A stretch of 64,000 nucleotides of DNA, taken from positions 320,001-384,000 of the forward strand of contig CBDCKN010000015.1 in the NCBI GenBank assembly GCA_965218295.1, written 5' to 3'. The translations under genes were made by a program, and so were the position numbers. Positions within the stretch are counted from its first letter, which is position 1; each line of letters opens with the position of its first letter. The notes beneath the pieces are model-generated. The model worked only from the letters and a program-made list of their open reading frames with translations, was not told where the DNA came from and searched no databases. Shown here in pieces: positions 58,972 through 64,000 of the stretch. Origin of the DNA: Longimicrobiales bacterium. Lineage in GTDB: Bacteria; Gemmatimonadota; Gemmatimonadetes; Longimicrobiales; Gaopeijiaceae.

Positions 58972-61350
58972 GTGAGATTCGGCGGTTTACTTCTTCTCCT
59001 CGCCCTCCTCGGAGCCGGCTCTTCCGGCCCGCAGGCCTGGAGGACCTCCCCTGGACCGCAGGCGCGGAGCACCTCCCTTGGACCGAGGCCGGCCGATACC
59101 CTCGGTACCACCGCGGCCGATCTTGTCCTGGACTCGGCCAGGGCCGAGCTGGCCGCTGGCCGCTACTGGCACGTGAGTCGCCTGCTGCGGTCGAGGAACC
59201 AAGGGGGCGACCGTACCGATCCTTCGGAGACCCTTCTTCTGGCTCGTGCGGATGCGGGCTGGAAGAACTGGCCCGGGGTGGTTGAGGGCCTCGAGGGAGT
59301 CGACTGGCTGGATGAGCTGGAGGGTGGCGAGGGCCGCCGGCTGCTGGGCCGTGGGCTGGAGGCGGCCGAGCGCTGGGACGCCGCCGCCGAGAGCTTCGCT
59401 CGATTCCGGGAGACCGGACTGAGTAGGAGTGCGGTGGCGCCGGAGGCGTCACGGGAGGCCCGGTCCTCGGCTCGGGCCGGCCGATGGGAGTCAGTTTTGG
59501 AGGCCGTGGAGGCTGCCGGTGAAGAGTCGTCGGAGCTGGTGGGCTGGACTGCCCTGGACGTCGCGGAGTGGATGTCCGACAACGGTGACGTGGAGCGCGT
59601 CGTGGAGTTGCTTCCGTGGATACGGCGAGACTCCGCGGCGGCGGACATCGCATGGGAGGTCGAGGCCCGGACCCTTCTCGTGGCCGGGGACTCCACTCGA
59701 GCCTTGGACGCGTATCTGCAGACCCTGGAAGCCGAGACCAGGGCCTCGCGTCGCGGGCGGGCCTTCTCGACGGTGGGAGCGCTGAGGCTCGCGCGGAGAG
59801 ACTCCGCCGGAGCGCGGCAGGCGTTCCAAGCCTCACTGGCCGTCCATCCTCGCGGCGCCAGCGGTGCACGGGCCGCGGCCGCATTGCTCGACATGGGCGA
59901 CTTGGATGCCGATCTCACGCTTCTGGCTGCCCAGACTCTCGATCGTGCCGGGGACAGTCGACGCTCCCTGGTGGCCTACAGACGATACGAGGATCTGCTG
60001 CCGGACTCGATGGCCATGGATCCGGAAGTGGGGTTGGTCATGGCCCGTCTCCTCTCTGCAGTGGGGCAGCGCGATGCGGCGGTCCGTGAATTCCGGCTCC
60101 TCGTCGAGACCGACGATCCCGAGTTCGAGCTCCGCGTGCTCGATCAGTGGCTCCGGACGCGTAGGCGCCAGGGGCGGCGCGATGCCGCCCGCACGATCCA
60201 GGGCTGGATCATCGAGCGCTTTCCCGAGAGCCGCCAGGCCGTCGACATCGTGTTCGCACGGGCGGCGGCGGCTCAGGATGGGGGGGCATATGCCGAGGCT
60301 GCCGCCGGGTTCGAGAGAGCCATGACCATGGCTCCATCTCTCAGCTCCGCCGGTCACGCCCGGATGCGCCTAGGGCAGATCCACCTCCTGCGTAACGACG
60401 TCGTTGCGGCAGCCGCGGTATTCCAGGCGTATCTGGACGACTTCCCGGACGGCCGGCGGTGGGAGCAGGCGGCGTACTGGGCTGCCCGGAGTCTCGAGGC
60501 GCTGGGAAAGGATCGGGAGGCCAGGGGGTACCTGGACATGATTCGGGAGAGGAATCCGGTGTCCTACTACGGGGTTCTCGTTTCGGAGCGCCTCGAAGAG
60601 CCGTACGACCCCCCGGTCCCCACGGGGCCGGTCTCCGATCCACCCGAGTGGCTACGAGCTGGCCTGTCCACGGTGGATCTCCTGACCGCCGCCGGCCTCG
60701 ACGATGGTGCGGAGAGCTTGGTGGCCCAGCTCATCGCGCGTGCAGACGGCTCGGTGCCGGTGAGCCTGGATCTAGCCGACAACCTGATCGAACGTGGCTT
60801 CACCATCGACGGGATAAACGTGGGCTGGAAGCTGCTGGGGGAGGGGAGCCCCTACAGCCGGCGACTCCTGCGGGTGCTCTATCCGTTCCCTTATCGGGAG
60901 ATCGTGACGCGAGAGGCGGAGGAGGCGGGCATCGAACCCTTCTTCCTTGCGTCCCTGATCCGGCAGGAGTCGGCGTTCACGCTGGCGATCCACTCCCCCG
61001 CGGGCGCCATCGGCCTCATGCAGGTGATGCCGGAGACGGGACGCGAGCTGGCCAGGGGACAGGGGATGCGGGGATTCACCCCGGCCAGCCTGGAGACGGC
61101 GGAAATCAACCTGCACCTGGGCACGACGTTCTGGGTGGACATGGAGCGTCGCTACGGTGACGGCAATCTGCCACTGGCGCTCTCGGCGTACAACGCCGGC
61201 CCGACGCGAGCGCGAAGATGGAGGCAGCTTCCGGAGGCTGAAGATCCCCTGAGGTTCACCGAGCGGATCCCCTTCGACGAGACTCGCGGCTACGTCAAGA
61301 ACATCACCCGCAACATCCAACTGTACCGGTTTCTCTACGGAGAGGACTGA
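58972..61350 (+). CDS. Soluble lytic transglycosylase (Slt-like) with TPR repeats
   Basis: IRQES, GLMQ, AYNAG, ETRGYV; helical repeats; N-terminal hydrophobic leader. Confidence 0.9.
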   Translation: MRFGGLLLLLALLGAGSSGPQAWRTSPGPQARSTSLGPRPADTLGTTAADLVLDSARAELAAGRYWHVSRLLRSRNQGGDRTDPSETLLLARADAGWKNWPGVVEGLEGVDWLDELEGGEGRRLLGRGLEAAERWDAAAESFARFRETGLSRSAVAPEASREARSSARAGRWESVLEAVEAAGEESSELVGWTALDVAEWMSDNGDVERVVELLPWIRRDSAAADIAWEVEARTLLVAGDSTRALDAYLQTLEAETRASRRGRAFSTVGALRLARRDSAGARQAFQASLAVHPRGASGARAAAALLDMGDLDADLTLLAAQTLDRAGDSRRSLVAYRRYEDLLPDSMAMDPEVGLVMARLLSAVGQRDAAVREFRLLVETDDPEFELRVLDQWLRTRRRQGRRDAARTIQGWIIERFPESRQAVDIVFARAAAAQDGGAYAEAAAGFERAMTMAPSLSSAGHARMRLGQIHLLRNDVVAAAAVFQAYLDDFPDGRRWEQAAYWAARSLEALGKDREARGYLDMIRERNPVSYYGVLVSERLEEPYDPPVPTGPVSDPPEWLRAGLSTVDLLTAAGLDDGAESLVAQLIARADGSVPVSLDLADNLIERGFTIDGINVGWKLLGEGSPYSRRLLRVLYPFPYREIVTREAEEAGIEPFFLASLIRQESAFTLAIHSPAGAIGLMQVMPETGRELARGQGMRGFTPASLETAEINLHLGTTFWVDMERRYGDGNLPLALSAYNAGPTRARRWRQLPEAEDPLRFTERIPFDETRGYVKNITRNIQLYRFLYGED

Positions 61351-61507
61351 GCGTGCCGCACGCTCCCGCAGGGTCTCCTTGACGGTGGACCCGTCCAGTG
61401 CCTAACCTTTCGGAGCGGGTCGGCAGACCCGGTCGTCGCCCTCGGCCGGATCGAGAGCCCGGGGCGCCGGAGAGCTAGTGTTTCATGCTGCAGAAGGAGT
61501 AGTCGGA

Positions 61508-61708
61508 ATGTCCAAAGGGACGGTCAAATGGTTCAACGATTCGAAGGGGTATGGCTTCATCTCTCAGCCGGAGGGTGAGGACGTTTTCGTCCACTTTTCG
61601 GCCATCGCGGGAGACGGGTTTCGAACTCTCACGGAGGGCGAGGAAGTGGAATTCGACGTGGCCACGACTGAGAAGGGGTGCCAAGCCTCGAACGTAATCA
61701 AGGCCTAG
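61508..61708 (+). CDS. Cold-shock protein (CspA family)
   Basis: [33 protein letters not shown]. Confidence 0.96.
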   Translation: MSKGTVKWFNDSKGYGFISQPEGEDVFVHFSAIAGDGFRTLTEGEEVEFDVATTEKGCQASNVIKA

Positions 61709-61731
61709 ACGCTCCTTAACCCAAGCAGTAG

Positions 61732-61768
61732 CGCCCCGCGGACGAGACGGTCCGCGGGGCGTTTTTTT
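61732..61768 (+). terminator. Rho-independent terminator after csp gene
   Basis: CGCCCCGCGGAC-GAGACG-GTCCGCGGGGCG followed by T run. Confidence 0.88.
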
Positions 61769-61918
61769 AGTTGCCCCGGCGCAGCGAGATCGAGCCGTCT
61801 CCGGTCCTCACGTCGATGGTCGGCCCGCCGCCGTTCAGCGTCCCCTGGACCGAGTGCTCCCGGATTCGGCCCAGACAGCTCCAGTCCCTGTGCGACGCTA
61901 GTTGGGTGGTGTGTTCAT
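61767..61918 (-). pseudogene. Remnant of a DUF4097 (beta-strand repeat) gene, C-terminal end only
   Basis: SVQGTLNGGGPTIDVRTGDGSISLRR* resembles DUF4097 C-termini; nearest RBS+ATG (61918) stops after 6 codons. Confidence 0.55.
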
Positions 61919-62070
61919 CGTTTCCCCTGCGTCGAGATGGAGCTGCCTTGTGGTCCCCGTTGGACCGTGCGGGCATCGTGAAGGTTGGAACCTCCCGGGC
62001 CCACTGAGGGCGCTGGCAGGGTGTCGGCCGCGTGTCTAGATTGCTCCGCCTATGACGTTTGGTCGGCAGT

Positions 62071-62105
62071 TTGGTGGCTCGCGAACTTCGGCAACGGAAC
62101 ACTAG
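62071..62105. repeat. Isolated right end of MITE-like element just upstream of polA
   Basis: ttggtggctcgcgaacttcggcaacggaacactag, 35/35 identical to 13721-13755. Confidence 0.88.
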
Positions 62106-62108
62106 CGC

Positions 62109-64000
62109 ATGGACGTCCCTCCAAAGGAGGCCCCACGCCTTTTCCTGATTGACGCCTACGCGCTGATCTACAGGGCATTCTTCGCCTTCATCAACCGTCC
62201 CCTCACCAACTCCAAGGGGGAGAACACGTCGGCTCCCTTCGGGTTCGCGAATTTCCTCATCGAGATCCGCGACAAGTACCAGCCCGACTACTTGGCGGTG
62301 GTCTTCGATGCCGGCAACAGCCACCGGGAGAAGGTCTATCCGGCATACAAGGCCACCCGAGAGAAGATGCCCAATGAGCTCCGGGCGAGCCTGCCCCGGG
62401 TCCGGGAGCTGGTGGCGGGCTTCAACGACGCCCTCGTCGAGCTCGATGGATACGAGGCCGACGACGTCATCGGGACGCTGGCCGTGAAGGCCCGGGGCGC
62501 GGGGCTCGAGACGGTGATCGTGTCTGGTGACAAGGACCTGTACCAGCTAGTGGGGCCCGGGATTCATCTGCTGAACCCCGGACGGGGGGGACCCACCGGC
62601 GTGGCGGCCGAGTGGGTGGATGAGAGGAACGCCCACGAGAAGTTCGGCATCCCCTCCTCCCAGGTCGTCGACTACCTGGCCCTGATCGGCGACTCCTCCG
62701 ACAACATCCCCGGCGCGAGGGGCGTGGGTCCCAAGACGGCGCTCAAGCTCCTGGAGGAGTACGGCAGCGTGGACGCTATCCTCGAGCATGCAGAGGAGAT
62801 CTCGGGCAAGCGAGCTTGTGAGTCGCTCACCGAGAATGCCGACGAGGTTCGCCTCTCCAAGGAGCTCGTGACGATCATGACCGACCTCGACGTCGAGCTC
62901 GATCTCGAGGCGCTGAAGGTCCGCGAGCCGGACAAGGAGAGGCTGCACCGCTTCTTCGTGGAGATGGAGTTCCGCCGTCTCATGGAGCGCTTCGCTCCTC
63001 GTAGCACCCCGGCCGCGGCGCCTGGCTCCACCCCAGTCCCTCCACCGGGGGATGTTTCGGAGGTAACGTCCGCCGAGGGGCCCGAGGAATCCGCTCCGGA
63101 GCGGGCGGTCGGGTTGATACCCGGAGCTCCCACCGAGCCTGCATCGGTCAGCTACACGGTGGTCACCGAACCGGACGATCTGGCTGCTCTGGTGGATCGA
63201 GCCCGGGTCGAGGGTCGTTTAGGCCTGGCGGTTCACACCACCTTCCCCGACCATCATCGTGCCAGCCTGGTGAGCCTCGCCCTGGCCGTCGAGCCTGGAG
63301 AGGCGTTCTACCTTTCCTTCGGCCACGTCCCCCCCGGGGAGCCGACGCTGGCCTTCGAGTCAGCCGGGATCGCCAACCTCGCGGAGCTCGACACCGTCGA
63401 GCTCCGCCCGCTCGTGGAGCTCCTGGAGGATCCAACAGTCGAAAAGGTGGGAGCGGACCTCAAGGCCACGGCCGTGGTCCTGGATCGGGTGGGCGTGGTC
63501 CTGGCGGGGATCGGCTTCGACGTGACGATCGCTTCCTACGTTCTGGACCCGGGCCGGCGGACCCAGGATCTGGAGGCTCTCTGCCAGGATTTCCTCGGCT
63601 TCTCCCTGCCGCCCTACAACGACGTGGTAGGGACCGGCAAGAAGCGGGTCAGCTTCGCCGAAGTGGACCAGGAGGTCGCCGGGGACTACGCCGGCCAGCA
63701 GATCGACGCCGCGCTCCGCTTGGCCGAGCGTCTCGCTGTCGATCTGGAGGATCAGGGCCTGGGTGGACTGTTCCACGAGCTGGAGATGCCGCTCGTTCCG
63801 GTGCTGACCGGGATGGAGCGCGAGGGGATCCGTATCGACACAGGCTTCTTTCAGGACATGAGCGAGCGGCTCGACAGGGATCTGACCCTCATACGGGAGG
63901 AAATCTACAAGGTGGCGGGAGAGGAGTTCAACCTGAACTCGACGCCCCAGCTACGCGAGGTTCTCTTCGAGAAGCAGGGTCTCCCAGTGATCAAGCGGAC
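62109..64000 (+). CDS. polA: DNA polymerase I, 5' part; runs off window
   Basis: Not in ORF track. MDVPPKEAPRLFLIDAYALIYRAFFA, YEADDVIGTLA, VSGDKD, GDSSDNIPG, LEMPLVPVL..ME..GI.ID, FNLNSTPQL. Confidence 0.96.
   Translation, partial: MDVPPKEAPRLFLIDAYALIYRAFFAFINRPLTNSKGENTSAPFGFANFLIEIRDKYQPDYLAVVFDAGNSHREKVYPAYKATREKMPNELRASLPRVRELVAGFNDALVELDGYEADDVIGTLAVKARGAGLETVIVSGDKDLYQLVGPGIHLLNPGRGGPTGVAAEWVDERNAHEKFGIPSSQVVDYLALIGDSSDNIPGARGVGPKTALKLLEEYGSVDAILEHAEEISGKRACESLTENADEVRLSKELVTIMTDLDVELDLEALKVREPDKERLHRFFVEMEFRRLMERFAPRSTPAAAPGSTPVPPPGDVSEVTSAEGPEESAPERAVGLIPGAPTEPASVSYTVVTEPDDLAALVDRARVEGRLGLAVHTTFPDHHRASLVSLALAVEPGEAFYLSFGHVPPGEPTLAFESAGIANLAELDTVELRPLVELLEDPTVEKVGADLKATAVVLDRVGVVLAGIGFDVTIASYVLDPGRRTQDLEALCQDFLGFSLPPYNDVVGTGKKRVSFAEVDQEVAGDYAGQQIDAALRLAERLAVDLEDQGLGGLFHELEMPLVPVLTGMEREGIRIDTGFFQDMSERLDRDLTLIREEIYKVAGEEFNLNSTPQLREVLFEKQGLPVIKR

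Noticed and set aside
59024..59090. 27-bp imperfect repeat near the slt 5' end, and GALGA repeats in the amidohydrolase leader (about 27730-27800)
   Set aside because: Short low-complexity coding duplications in leader or linker regions with no evident separate function

Overview
GC-rich bacterial chromosomal window, gene-dense and mostly housekeeping/respiratory. The protein repertoire resembles Gemmatimonadota (inference from recalled family similarity, not a search). Left end (minus strand, 1-5848): ferredoxin, Mrp/NBP35 Fe-S carrier, Zn-ribbon protein, tandem-USP protein, radical SAM/SPASM enzyme and the 5' end of a Nitrospira-type cytochrome bd-like (CydA-like) gene. Three adjacent proteins in this cluster carry four copies of the small PCP_red-like (BchB/ChlB C-terminal) domain, and the USP protein has three Cys-Pro heme-regulatory-like motifs; this is the best candidate for an undescribed system (cofactor maturation/regulation of a bd-like oxidase). 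Also present: a selenocysteine-encoding selD split by the ORF track (in-frame UGA plus SECIS-like hairpin), a six-gene alternative complex III operon (actABCDEF), luxE/luxC-like genes without luciferase, two AAA+ ATPase/partner systems, ETF-QO, Lon with an acidic tandem repeat, gcvH-gcvP-lipoate ligase, a damaged peptide ABC operon, and polA (running off the right end) with a degenerate 3'-5' exonuclease. A CTAG-bounded MITE-like element occurs once complete and twice as single ends. Several genes show frameshifts or internal deletions (real decay or assembly error). No rRNA, tRNA, CRISPR array or transposase was recognised.
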